DNA from: a virus
DNA: 64,000 nucleotides
Direction: 5' to 3' (one strand)
IMG/VR virus record: IMGVR_UViG_3300031963_009547
The notes beneath the pieces are model-generated. The model was not told the DNA's origin, ran no database searches, and saw only the letters and a program-made list of their open reading frames with translations. Positions 33,056 through 43,144 of the stretch are shown here, piece after piece. Both the position numbers and the translations under genes were made by a program. Position 1 is the first letter of the stretch, and every line of letters begins with the position of its first letter.

Positions 33056-34252
33056 ATGAAAATATTTGTTCAAATTGCGTCTTATAGAGACCCCGAACTT
33101 TTACCGACAATTAGAGACTGTATTTCAAAGGCAAAACATCCCGAAAATTTAACATTCGGTATTTGTTGGCAACGAGATGAAAGTGAATCAATGGAAGAAT
33201 TTGCAAATGACCCAAGATTCAAAATCTTAGATTACCATTGGTCAAAAAGTAAAGGTTTATGTTGGGCTCGTTCAGAAATTCAAAAATTATGGGAAGGTGA
33301 AGAATACACACTTCAATTAGACTCACATCATAGATTTTTACAAGATTGGGATACTGAGTTAATTGAAATGATGAAATTAACAGGTTCAGAAAAACCAATC
33401 ATCACATCATATGCAGGAATGTATAGACCAAGTGATAATCAATTATTAAATGTTGAACCATATAAAATGGTTGCATCAAACTTCACCCCCGGAGGAACAA
33501 TTCTTTTTAGGCCACATACAATTGAAAATTGGCAAAATTTAGATAAACCAATTCCCGCAAGATTTGTTAGCGGACATTTCTTTTTTACGATTGGAAAACA
33601 TTGTGAAGAATATAAGTATGACCCAAACATTTATTTTGCTGGTGATGAAATAAGTTTATCAATTCGTTCATTTACGTTAGGTTATGATTTATTCCACCCA
33701 CATAAAACCGTTGTATGGCATGAATATACAAGAGAAGGTAGAACAAAACATTGGACCGACTTTAATACAGAAAATTTAAGTACAGGGGTTGTTGAAAAAC
33801 CTTGGTGGGAAATGGACAATGACTCAAAAAGAAGATTGAGACATATGTTACAAGAAGAAGATAACAATATTGATTTAGGTGTTTATGGTCTTGGTGAAGT
33901 AAGAACCCACCACGATTATGAATTATACGCTGGAATTAACTTTAAAGAAAGAATGTTACACCCGAGTACAATTAAAGGTAAAAATCCGCCAATTAATGAT
34001 GAAACTGAGTGGTATTTAAAACAAAAAGAAGTTTACGACTTAGAATTAGAAATTCCATATACCGAAAACTTTAAGTTTATTTATATTGGAGTGGAAGATG
34101 AAAATGGAGATGTTATTTACAGACATGATTTAACAACATATCAAGAAAAATTAAATGTAAAAATTGAAAGTTACGAAAAACCAAGAAAATGGGTTTATTG
34201 GGTTAACGACATAAACGGAGAATGGTCGACAAGACTAGATTATTTATTATGA
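33056..34252 (+). CDS. GT60-like polypeptide/hydroxyproline alpha-GlcNAc transferase (Pfam 'GlcNAc' family)
   Basis: IFVQIASYRDPEL..TI, GICWQ, SKGLCWAR, LQLDSHHRF..DWD, FVSGHFFF, YFAGDEISLSIRSFTLGYDLF.P...VVWHEY, the hallmark motifs of Gnt1/GT60 enzymes. Confidence 0.85.
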   Translation: MKIFVQIASYRDPELLPTIRDCISKAKHPENLTFGICWQRDESESMEEFANDPRFKILDYHWSKSKGLCWARSEIQKLWEGEEYTLQLDSHHRFLQDWDTELIEMMKLTGSEKPIITSYAGMYRPSDNQLLNVEPYKMVASNFTPGGTILFRPHTIENWQNLDKPIPARFVSGHFFFTIGKHCEEYKYDPNIYFAGDEISLSIRSFTLGYDLFHPHKTVVWHEYTREGRTKHWTDFNTENLSTGVVEKPWWEMDNDSKRRLRHMLQEEDNNIDLGVYGLGEVRTHHDYELYAGINFKERMLHPSTIKGKNPPINDETEWYLKQKEVYDLELEIPYTENFKFIYIGVEDENGDVIYRHDLTTYQEKLNVKIESYEKPRKWVYWVNDINGEWSTRLDYLL

Positions 34253-35046
34253 ATATAGGAGCATTTTATCAATCGGGTTATAAATTAGTTGCCTGTTATA
34301 AAGCATTAGAACAATTACGAAAAATTTATCCAAGTATACCCGTAGCGTTATATGAAGACGGTTCGGATATATTAAAACCAGTTGCAGAAAAATTCAATTG
34401 TGTTTATAAAAGAACAGATGTTTTAGGTCAAAACTTAAGACATTCAGGTAGACCTGTTGTTGGTCTTGAAAGTAATTTAGCGTGGCTAAAAAGAATTTAT
34501 GATGCTTGTACCACAACACTAAAAGATGTTGAATGGGTGATACACTATGAAGATGATGTATGGTGTAAAATGGAAATAACAAAACCACCAAAGCATGACA
34601 TAGCGGGAGCAAATGGACCTGCATACACTGAAGGATTATACCAATACTTAAAAGATAGATTCTACGTAACAGACGAATCGAGAAACCATTGGTCACAATT
34701 AGGCTCACTTCAAAGTTATGGTGGTTGTGGAGGAACAATTTTTAGAAGAGAAGCATTTATTGATGCTTACAACCGATTAGATGAAATTGATTGGGAAAAA
34801 ATACAACAATTAGATACAAGACCTATCGAATGGTCTGATGCAAGTTTATCATTTATCATGCAACACGCAGGTTATACAAGTAGTATTTGGAATGATTGGG
34901 CACAATACGATAGTAAAAATCAAGGAAACTGGTTTGATAAAACAGGTTGGAGTGTACCGATGGAAGAGCAGCCTGACGTTGCTTTTATTCATTTATACAA
35001 ACATTTTTACAATTATGAACCTGAAGACATAGATTTAGATTTATAA
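34249..35046 (+). CDS. GT-A fold glycosyltransferase (GT31-like features)
   Basis: IHYEDDVW (DxD-like), YGGCGGTIFRREAF, WSDASLS..MQHAG, C-terminal FIHLYK. ATG at 34249 overlaps the upstream TGA (ATGA). Confidence 0.6.
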   Translation: MNIGAFYQSGYKLVACYKALEQLRKIYPSIPVALYEDGSDILKPVAEKFNCVYKRTDVLGQNLRHSGRPVVGLESNLAWLKRIYDACTTTLKDVEWVIHYEDDVWCKMEITKPPKHDIAGANGPAYTEGLYQYLKDRFYVTDESRNHWSQLGSLQSYGGCGGTIFRREAFIDAYNRLDEIDWEKIQQLDTRPIEWSDASLSFIMQHAGYTSSIWNDWAQYDSKNQGNWFDKTGWSVPMEEQPDVAFIHLYKHFYNYEPEDIDLDL

Positions 35047-35060
35047 AATAAACTTTTGAT

Positions 35061-35068
35061 TATTTATA
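35061..35068 (+). promoter_or_regulatory. TATTTATA putative late promoter
   Basis: Resumes the structural operon after the GT cassette. Confidence 0.5.
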
Positions 35069-35087
35069 TAATAAAGTTAATACCTGA

Positions 35088-36692
35088 ATGGCAAATGTAG
35101 TTTTTAGTAGTTGTTGTTATAATTTTGTGTTTAGTGCCACGACTTTTCCAGTTACGGCTGCAACAAATACAGTTTATGTTATTAGCGGAGATACAAATAT
35201 CCCAAATGGGTGTTATAAAGTTGTAACAGGAGTTACCGCGAGTACAATATCGACGACAGTCACTGGAACTGCAACATCAGGCACATCCTGTAATGACCCA
35301 TCTTGTTTAGACTGCTGCTCAAGTACATTATGTATTGACATCAATAATTCGACCTATAGCGGATATAGTGGAAATTACCAAATAAGAGGTGGTTATAACA
35401 GTTATCCTTATTGGTCAGGAGGTACGGGTAACTCGGGATTTATTTATTATAATGGAACATTTTGGTGTTTATCTGCAACTTTAGGTGGTAGTTGTCTATT
35501 CTTTGGTTCAAATCCAACATCATCATTATGTCCTGATTTAGATGAAACAATAATGTACACGGGTAGTTGTTCAACACCAACCCCACCTTTAGACCCATGT
35601 TCATCTTTGGACTTTGATGTTTTATTGGAATGCGATATAACAACACCAACCCCCACACCAACTCCAACACCAACCCCCACACCAACTCCGACTCCAACAC
35701 CTACCGCAAATATTTGTAGTGGATTTACGGCTAATATTACAATAGATACGGTTACACCGACACCAACTCCAACACCGACCCCAACTCCAACACCTACACC
35801 ATCAATTACTACATCGGCGGACACAGTGACGTTTGTTGTTGATAGTGGTTTCTTTGAGTGTGGTAATATAAAAGAATTAAGGGATTGTAATACAGGTGAA
35901 ATGTATTACATTAGTGGTCCATTATATATTTCAGGTACAAGTGCTTCTACAGTTACCACAACAGGTACAACGGTTTATGGTATTATAAATGGAAATACTG
36001 TATGTGCTACATATATCCAAAATAGTAATGGTAGTGCAAATGCTTATGTACAATACATAATAACAGCATACACTGGAAGTTGTTCGGTACTTTGTGTTAC
36101 ACCAACACCAACTCCTACCGCAACTCCAACTCCGACACCAACTCCGACACCAACACCAACTCCAACACCTACATATGCGTTCGGAACTTTATTTGTCTTC
36201 ACTTCGTGTACATCTAATAGTATGATTACACAGACAGCATATCCACCGAACAACGTTTCAGTTGGTCAACTATTAAAAACAACAAGTGGTGATTGTTACA
36301 CTTACGTTGGAAATTATATAAATTACGTTGCACCATCAGGATTTGTGGTGGCTAACATAAACGAGTTTACGGCAACTACTGCCACAACTTACACTGATTG
36401 TGTTGATTGTTTAACTGTGATACCTACCACATCTTCATTTAAAACATGGAACGGAAAAGGAGGTTTCTCCTTAAATTGTCCTGTATGTCAAATAACAGAC
36501 TTTGGAAAAGGATTAACTTTCTATACGTCTAATTTGATTACAACTCTTACAACTGGAGTATATGTATTCTCAGACAGCGGATTAACAAGACCAATAGTTG
36601 AAGACTTCATCCAATACGAAAATTACATTTATAGTGTAGGTAAAGATGGTATGTTAACACAAAATTGTAGAGTAAACGGAAATTGTAAGTAA
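35088..36692 (+). CDS. Cys-rich structural protein with three (PT)n tracts
   Basis: Many Cys ([15 protein letters not shown]), PT tracts at ~35643, ~35753 and ~36098. Confidence 0.65.
   Translation: MANVVFSSCCYNFVFSATTFPVTAATNTVYVISGDTNIPNGCYKVVTGVTASTISTTVTGTATSGTSCNDPSCLDCCSSTLCIDINNSTYSGYSGNYQIRGGYNSYPYWSGGTGNSGFIYYNGTFWCLSATLGGSCLFFGSNPTSSLCPDLDETIMYTGSCSTPTPPLDPCSSLDFDVLLECDITTPTPTPTPTPTPTPTPTPTPTANICSGFTANITIDTVTPTPTPTPTPTPTPTPSITTSADTVTFVVDSGFFECGNIKELRDCNTGEMYYISGPLYISGTSASTVTTTGTTVYGIINGNTVCATYIQNSNGSANAYVQYIITAYTGSCSVLCVTPTPTPTATPTPTPTPTPTPTPTPTYAFGTLFVFTSCTSNSMITQTAYPPNNVSVGQLLKTTSGDCYTYVGNYINYVAPSGFVVANINEFTATTATTYTDCVDCLTVIPTTSSFKTWNGKGGFSLNCPVCQITDFGKGLTFYTSNLITTLTTGVYVFSDSGLTRPIVEDFIQYENYIYSVGKDGMLTQNCRVNGNCK
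35643..36173 (+). repeat. Three (Pro-Thr)n tracts
   Basis: TPTPTP... at ~35643-35706, ~35753-35801 and ~36098-36173. Confidence 0.85.
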
Positions 36693-36693
36693 T

Positions 36694-36981
36694 ATGTCAG
36701 TATTAGTAACTATAAATTCAATAACATCAGGTACCGCACCCTACGACATTTGGGTGTGTGATGATTGTAGCACAGGGGCTATTTGTCAGTATATTGCAAC
36801 AACATCAACAGTACCCTATAGTTTTACATTACCTACTGTGTTTGAAACATACCCATCATATGTAATAAAACTTATAGACGATAATGGGTGTATATATTGT
36901 AACGAACAGTGTTACTATAAACAGTTTGAAGACGGAGATTGTTTTGAATTTATGAGCAACGAACCATACGAATTTGAATAA
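36694..36981 (+). CDS. Small single SprB/Ig-like domain protein (putative adaptor 3)
   Basis: ITSGTAPYDIWVCD...IKLIDDNGC, C-terminal KQFEDG.CFEFMS. Confidence 0.6.
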   Translation: MSVLVTINSITSGTAPYDIWVCDDCSTGAICQYIATTSTVPYSFTLPTVFETYPSYVIKLIDDNGCIYCNEQCYYKQFEDGDCFEFMSNEPYEFE

Positions 36982-37005
36982 ACATTGATATATATTAAAT
37001 AAAAA

Positions 37006-38646
37006 ATGGCAACTTTAACATCAAGGACATTAGCAAGTGGAGCAAGTTTAAATGACCTTATACACATTGTAATAACAGGTGACACCTCACAGAGCGCAAA
37101 TGGTTCATCATATAAGGCGAACCTTAGTCAGTTATTACCTTTGTTTACTGGAAGTACAAATACTTTTGTAACGGGTGGTACGTATAATAACACCACAGGT
37201 AATGCTACATTTACTAATAATGCGGGTACTTCATTTACTGTTACTGGTTTTACAACAGGAACAACTCAGGTATTATTGACAGGGGGTACCTATAATAATA
37301 CTACAGGTGTTGCAACTTTCACAAACTCAACAGGTGGTACTTTTACAGTTAGTGGATTCACAACAGGAGCAACCAGTGGTACTGAAGTATTTGTTACAGG
37401 AGGAACTTATAATAACTCTACTGGTACTGCAATATTTACAAACACAACTGGAGGTACATTTAACGTAACAGGTTTTACAACAGGAGCAACCAGTGGTACT
37501 GAAGTATTTGTTACCGGAGGTACAGTTAACTCTACGGGAGGAACTGCCACATTTACTAACTCTACAGGTGGTACATTTACTATTACAGGTATGACAACAC
37601 CGTTTAGTGGTGGTTCAGGTAACTGTATTAATAGTTTATATACCGATAACATATATGCTTGTAATAATGAAATAACTGTTCACCATAGAGTCCAATCAAC
37701 AGGTTCAGACGCTCAAAACATATTAAGTTTTGCTTGGGGATTAACTAACGTTGCTTCGGGTAATTATTCATTCGCCTTTGGTACTGGCACAACCGCTTCA
37801 GGATTAGCCTCACATGCCGAAGGTATAGATACTTTAGGTATTGGTGATTTTTCACATGCCGAAGGAAACATAACAAGAGCGCCGGGAGAAAGTGCTCATA
37901 GTGAGGGATACTCAACAAATGCATCAGGTAATTATTCACACGCCGAAGGAACTGGAACCGGTTCATTTGGAATCGCTTCACACGCAGAAGGAACTGGCTC
38001 TATAGCGAGTGGAAATTACTCTCATGCCGAAGGTTCATCAACAGCTAGTGGTATATTTTCACATGCTGAAGGTGATAGTACAGTAGCCTCAGGTCAATAT
38101 TCACATTCACAAAATAAAGGTGCAATAGCAAGTGGAGATGATTCACACGCTGGTGGGGTCGGAAGTATTGCTTATGGTATTGTTTCATTTTCACATGGTG
38201 ATACTAATGAAGCTAACAGTGGTTTATCTGTTGCGTTAGGTGGTCAAAGAAATATTATTTCTTCTACTGGTGATACTAATAGTGGTGGTATATTTGCCGG
38301 AAAGTATAATGTAATTTCAGGTTTAACGGGTAGTGACCCTGTTTATAACTCAACTATTATTGGAGGTACAGGAAATACGGTAAACTCATTTAATTCGGCA
38401 ATTATCTCAAGTGAAAAATCAATCATAACTGCCGACCATACGGTAATAATAGGGGGGTCAAATATTACAGGTAATACAGGTGATACTGTTTATGTACCAA
38501 ATTTAGTAATATCTAAAAATTATAACTATACACCAACGGGTACTGCCGATACGACAGGAGAACCTGGTTCGGTAACTTGGGATAATACTTACTTTTATTA
38601 TAAAACGAATACAGGGTGGAGAAGAATAAGCGGAACAACTTGGTAA
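37006..38646 (+). CDS. Tail fibre/adhesin with YadA-head-like (beta-roll) repeats
   Basis: N-terminus shared with the 29051 fibre, four GGTYNN.TG.ATFTN repeats, ~14-aa ASGNYSHAEG repeats, C-terminal G.VTWDNTYFYYKT..GWRR. Confidence 0.72.
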   Translation: MATLTSRTLASGASLNDLIHIVITGDTSQSANGSSYKANLSQLLPLFTGSTNTFVTGGTYNNTTGNATFTNNAGTSFTVTGFTTGTTQVLLTGGTYNNTTGVATFTNSTGGTFTVSGFTTGATSGTEVFVTGGTYNNSTGTAIFTNTTGGTFNVTGFTTGATSGTEVFVTGGTVNSTGGTATFTNSTGGTFTITGMTTPFSGGSGNCINSLYTDNIYACNNEITVHHRVQSTGSDAQNILSFAWGLTNVASGNYSFAFGTGTTASGLASHAEGIDTLGIGDFSHAEGNITRAPGESAHSEGYSTNASGNYSHAEGTGTGSFGIASHAEGTGSIASGNYSHAEGSSTASGIFSHAEGDSTVASGQYSHSQNKGAIASGDDSHAGGVGSIAYGIVSFSHGDTNEANSGLSVALGGQRNIISSTGDTNSGGIFAGKYNVISGLTGSDPVYNSTIIGGTGNTVNSFNSAIISSEKSIITADHTVIIGGSNITGNTGDTVYVPNLVISKNYNYTPTGTADTTGEPGSVTWDNTYFYYKTNTGWRRISGTTW

Positions 38647-38647
38647 T

Positions 38648-40246
38648 ATGGGACTTTTAAGTGGTAATAGTTGTAATATAATAACATTGTTTCCTTTAGG
38701 GTTAGAGTGTAACTCAATTAATGCGTCAACACCGCAATCAAGTAATGGTGTTGTTACATTATACATAACAGGTGGAACACCACCATATAATGTTACGTGG
38801 AACACAGGTGCTCAAGGAACACTTCTAACAAGTCTTACACCTGGCGAATACACGGCAACTGTAGTTGACTATTATGGTGACTTTACCGGTACTACAACCT
38901 GTACTGTAGATTATGATAGTTTCTATTTAGAGCAATTTGAGGATTGTTCTAATAGTGGTACATATGCTTATTATTTAGCAAACTTAGTAAATCCTCAATT
39001 CAGTGCAAGTTCTGTTTACGAATTAACAACACAAGTTGGTTGTTGGACAAATAGTGGAACTACATTATATACAGGACAAACGTATATCAATAGTTTCGCT
39101 GATATATTATCAGGACCATATTCAGGTTGTTCAGAATGTTTACCACCAACACAACCAACACCTACGTACCCTTCACAACTTTGTTTCCAACAAACACAAG
39201 GTACTACATTAACTCAAGTAGATTTTTCATCAGGCTCAACGATAAATGGATACCCATCATGGACAAGTATTACTCCATCATATTTAATGTATTACAATAC
39301 AGGTAGTACAAGATGGGAAGTAAGTGGATATACTAATGGAACTGTTTATAGAATATCACCATCAACACCACCTACAGGAAGTTGGGTCATAACAGGACCA
39401 AATGCATTTAACACTTCAATTAACGTTGTGACTGGTGCTTGTGGTAATCCACCACTTACACTTACGGTAAACGCTAATAACCCATTGTGTTCAACACAAG
39501 CTAATGGTTCTGTAACTATAGTGGGTAACGGAGGAGTACCTTCATATACTTATTCATTAAATGGTGTTACATACCAAAACTCAAGTACATTCTTAAATTT
39601 AAATTCAGGAACATATACCGCTTACATTAAAGATTCTTTAGGTACAATAGCAACCCAAACGTTCACATTAACATCACAACAAAACTTCCAAAACTACAAT
39701 GTTAATTTAGTTCTCACACAAGGAAATACGGTTTCTGTTGGTAATTCGTTTACTAAAACATCAACTTGGTCTATAAGTGTTTCTCCAAGTCCACTCCCTG
39801 CTGGAGTTACTGTTAATATGAATTTATTATTTAATATTGGTTGGACTGGGTACACAGCAACACCTACAATCGGACCAACAATAACTAATTCTATAACCAC
39901 AAACAGTAATCCAAATACAACTGTTAGTTTGGTTTCAAGTGGTAATACTACAGGAACAACAATTTTAAGACCTGGTTGTGAAGGTGCATTTATTAATACA
40001 AGTGCAAGAACAACCACATACTCAGTACAATTATCAACCAACGGATTAGCATCGGGTACTGTCGTACAATATATAAACACACCATGTGGTGAAATTAATG
40101 GATGTCCAAACAGTGGAGTCTTAAAAGATACATTATCATTACAGAACATAACGATTTCACCAAACCAATGTAGAAGTATTAGTAGTAACGTTGCACCACA
40201 AACAACGACACTAACGAAGACAGGTATTATTTGTGAAAGAGAATAA
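38648..40246 (+). CDS. Cys-containing SprB-repeat structural protein
   Basis: ITGGTPPYNVTW...LTPGEYTATVVD and NGGVPSYTYSLNG...LNSGTYTAYIKDSLG. Confidence 0.65.
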   Translation: MGLLSGNSCNIITLFPLGLECNSINASTPQSSNGVVTLYITGGTPPYNVTWNTGAQGTLLTSLTPGEYTATVVDYYGDFTGTTTCTVDYDSFYLEQFEDCSNSGTYAYYLANLVNPQFSASSVYELTTQVGCWTNSGTTLYTGQTYINSFADILSGPYSGCSECLPPTQPTPTYPSQLCFQQTQGTTLTQVDFSSGSTINGYPSWTSITPSYLMYYNTGSTRWEVSGYTNGTVYRISPSTPPTGSWVITGPNAFNTSINVVTGACGNPPLTLTVNANNPLCSTQANGSVTIVGNGGVPSYTYSLNGVTYQNSSTFLNLNSGTYTAYIKDSLGTIATQTFTLTSQQNFQNYNVNLVLTQGNTVSVGNSFTKTSTWSISVSPSPLPAGVTVNMNLLFNIGWTGYTATPTIGPTITNSITTNSNPNTTVSLVSSGNTTGTTILRPGCEGAFINTSARTTTYSVQLSTNGLASGTVVQYINTPCGEINGCPNSGVLKDTLSLQNITISPNQCRSISSNVAPQTTTLTKTGIICERE

Positions 40247-40261
40247 AAAAAGAAAAAAAGA

Positions 40262-40269
40262 TATTTATA
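40262..40269 (+). promoter_or_regulatory. TATTTATA putative late promoter
   Basis: Immediately upstream of the ATG at 40274. Confidence 0.45.
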
Positions 40270-40273
40270 AAAT

Positions 40274-42481
40274 ATGTCTTACATAATTAAAAATACGGCA
40301 GCATTAATTAACACGTTAGTAACTGACGCGGGTAGAAAAAAAATATCACAAGGTAAATTTGATATTTCATATTTCCAAGTTGGAGATAGTGAGGTTTGTT
40401 ATAACTGTGTTAATAATTTGGACCCCGTAAATTTGAATGTATTGATGCCACAATTTAATACTCAAAATTTGGCACCAGTACCACAAAAAAATAGAATGGA
40501 AATTAAATACCCAATCTATTTGGATTCAACATCAGGTAGTACGTTTGGTATTCCATTTGATGCATCGTATATTGATAGTGTATATAACTCTGCGGCACCA
40601 AGAGGTTTCTTTACGGGTTCAACAGGGACACCGGTGACATATAGTGCTTATACTTCTTCAGCTTACACTATTAACCCAAATTTTGTTGTACAAAACGCAG
40701 GTATTACATCAGGTACTGTAATAACCATTTCAGGAACATCAATCAACCCGAGTGTTTCAGGTACGGTGACACCTGGTATGTTTATGACATTATTTACTAA
40801 TGGAAGTATATCTCCTATACAAAATTCAGGACCACTATTTACCTATTTAGTTGTTGGTGTAACTGGAGACACCTCTACAGGTGGTACAATCACAATTCAA
40901 GTTGATAGACAATTACCTAACTTAGGTACTATGGGTATTACAGGATTTTCACAGACACTATTCTACCCAAGTGGTATGACGGTATTATATGATACTGTAA
41001 CCCCTGAACCGTTTTGGGCAAATGATGTGATTAATTTTGAAACAAATTGTGACGTTTCACAAAGAAATGTTAATGTTTGGAATATGAACATTCCATGGAC
41101 TGAGTCACCTGCAGGTTTATTTAGTAATGCTTACGAAGATTACAATTATTTTAAATCTACAGCTTATACAGGTTCTAAAGAATATTTTGGATATAATTCA
41201 AATACAGGTCAAGAGGATACTGATAGTACATTTTACTATAACTCTTTCTCTGAAAAAATAATTTTATCTCCGTCTGACCAAAAATCAATAGCTATTGTCC
41301 ATTATACAAACCAAGCTATAGATAATTTCTATGGTGAAAAATTTGCACAAGAAGAATATGATGCAAATAATCCAGGTGGTACAGGCCAAGCAAGAAACTT
41401 TAAAGTAAGTATTCCGTGGTTAATGTGGCATAAAAATTCAGGAGCAACGATTGGTGAAGAATTTTATACAGACCCATCAGGATTTACAAGTTTGAATTTA
41501 TTTGAACCACATTATATTGAATCTAAAAAAGACCCTAACTTTAATGAACCGGGTTTAAGATACTATCATCTATGGGATACACACCCAAATACTAATGGTT
41601 ACCCTAATAGAGTTGGTAAAGTATTCCCTGACTACAAAATGATTATTTTTGATGACGATGAAATAGTTGCCGCGTTGAATTACAAATCAAATAGAAGTTG
41701 GACTTTACCGGCACCTAAGTTAGGATTAGTAACACCAAACACATTTAGTGGTGTATTAGGTGGGACAGCGGGATTAATAACCGGTAATACTGAAGTTTTA
41801 CACCTTACTTACATTTTCACCAATACTGCTTTCACACAATCATTACACTGTAATTATTATTCAACAATTACTGGTAACGACCAAAGTTTATTACCAGGAG
41901 CTTCTGATGTATTAATTAGATTTGGAAACGAGTTCCCGTTCTTACAAAACACTTATACATCGCCAAGCGGATTTACAGCAACAGGATTAAAAATAATAGC
42001 ACAAAAAGTATCAACAGGTACAACAAGACCGGTGGCAACTTCATGGAAAGAAATTAATGTAACATCACAGTTATCCGCAACAACAGTAGGAGGTAGACTG
42101 ACATCCTCAGGATTAACTAACACTACTATACAACTTACTAAGTCAATGTATGACACTGCAAGTACTTATAACTTAAGTAATTACTTAAATTTAGTTCCTC
42201 TTGGGTCTACAGGACTTACCTTAAATTTTGGTGGAGAATACTTCTTCTTTGGAAATATCCAAACCGATATTCAGGCTACAATTTACGTAATGAACTTCCT
42301 ATGTAATTTAGGACAAACACAATTCTTTGATTCATCCAATCCGACATGGACAGGTAACAATCCTTATGTGACTGAAGTTGGACTTTACAATGCAGATAAA
42401 GAACTTATGGTTATATCTAAGATACAATCTCCTGAGAAACGTCAGGGAATACAACAGTATCCGATAAAGTTAGATTTTTAA
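40274..42481 (+). CDS. Baseplate / tail-fibre attachment protein (P2 gpH N-terminal-like motifs split by a large insertion)
   Basis: N-terminal VTDAGRKKI...YFQVGDSE and C-terminal YVTEVGLYN..KELMVISK. Confidence 0.6.
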   Translation: MSYIIKNTAALINTLVTDAGRKKISQGKFDISYFQVGDSEVCYNCVNNLDPVNLNVLMPQFNTQNLAPVPQKNRMEIKYPIYLDSTSGSTFGIPFDASYIDSVYNSAAPRGFFTGSTGTPVTYSAYTSSAYTINPNFVVQNAGITSGTVITISGTSINPSVSGTVTPGMFMTLFTNGSISPIQNSGPLFTYLVVGVTGDTSTGGTITIQVDRQLPNLGTMGITGFSQTLFYPSGMTVLYDTVTPEPFWANDVINFETNCDVSQRNVNVWNMNIPWTESPAGLFSNAYEDYNYFKSTAYTGSKEYFGYNSNTGQEDTDSTFYYNSFSEKIILSPSDQKSIAIVHYTNQAIDNFYGEKFAQEEYDANNPGGTGQARNFKVSIPWLMWHKNSGATIGEEFYTDPSGFTSLNLFEPHYIESKKDPNFNEPGLRYYHLWDTHPNTNGYPNRVGKVFPDYKMIIFDDDEIVAALNYKSNRSWTLPAPKLGLVTPNTFSGVLGGTAGLITGNTEVLHLTYIFTNTAFTQSLHCNYYSTITGNDQSLLPGASDVLIRFGNEFPFLQNTYTSPSGFTATGLKIIAQKVSTGTTRPVATSWKEINVTSQLSATTVGGRLTSSGLTNTTIQLTKSMYDTASTYNLSNYLNLVPLGSTGLTLNFGGEYFFFGNIQTDIQATIYVMNFLCNLGQTQFFDSSNPTWTGNNPYVTEVGLYNADKELMVISKIQSPEKRQGIQQYPIKLDF

Positions 42482-42487
42482 CCTTTT

Positions 42488-43093
42488 ATGGCAGAAAAAC
42501 ATGATTTAAAGAACTCACCAAAAGTTCTTGGTTTAGACATTTCCACAAAAACGATTGGGTGGAGTTTATTTGATATTCAAACACAACAACTATTAGAATT
42601 AACACACTTCTCACCAGTTATTAAACCAAAACCTGAAGATAAGATTGAAGAGTTATTATTAAAGGTAATCGGATTTGAAGAAAAACTAAGAGGATATCAA
42701 AATTTAGGTATCACAAAAGTTGTAATCGAAGAACCATTATTAAATTCAAATAATGTATGGACTGTAGGTACTCTTTTGAGATATAATTCAATGATTACAA
42801 AATCTATCTATGATATATTAGGAATTGTGCCAAACTATATATCGACATACAACTCAAGAAAATTTGCTTGGCCAGACTTAATTCAAAAAAATGATAAGGA
42901 TAAGTACGTTTTATTTGGAGGATTACCAAAGGATGTAGACAAAAAAGAACTTATTTGGAAGAGAGTATCCGACAAAGAACCTCAAATTACATGGCACTAC
43001 ACCAAAAACAACACATTAAAGAAAGAATGTTTTGATATGGCAGATTCTTATACTTGTGTTCTTGGATATATGAAACAAGAAAAAATTTGGTGA
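42488..43093 (+). CDS. RuvC-like Holliday junction resolvase
   Basis: VLGLDISTKTIGW, VVIEEP, C-terminal DMADS. Confidence 0.78.
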   Translation: MAEKHDLKNSPKVLGLDISTKTIGWSLFDIQTQQLLELTHFSPVIKPKPEDKIEELLLKVIGFEEKLRGYQNLGITKVVIEEPLLNSNNVWTVGTLLRYNSMITKSIYDILGIVPNYISTYNSRKFAWPDLIQKNDKDKYVLFGGLPKDVDKKELIWKRVSDKEPQITWHYTKNNTLKKECFDMADSYTCVLGYMKQEKIW

Positions 43094-43110
43094 TTTTTCA
43101 ACCAACGGTA

Positions 43111-43118
43111 TATTTATA
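43111..43118 (+). promoter_or_regulatory. TATTTATA putative late promoter
   Basis: Upstream of the stand-alone ORF at 43145. Confidence 0.5.
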
Positions 43119-43144
43119 TGTAAATAAAGAAAAAACATTTAAAA

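Noticed and set aside
29051-38646. Diversity-generating retroelement or invertase shufflon acting on the fibres
   Set aside because: No reverse transcriptase or recombinase in the window, and I saw no TR/VR pair or inverted crossover sites.
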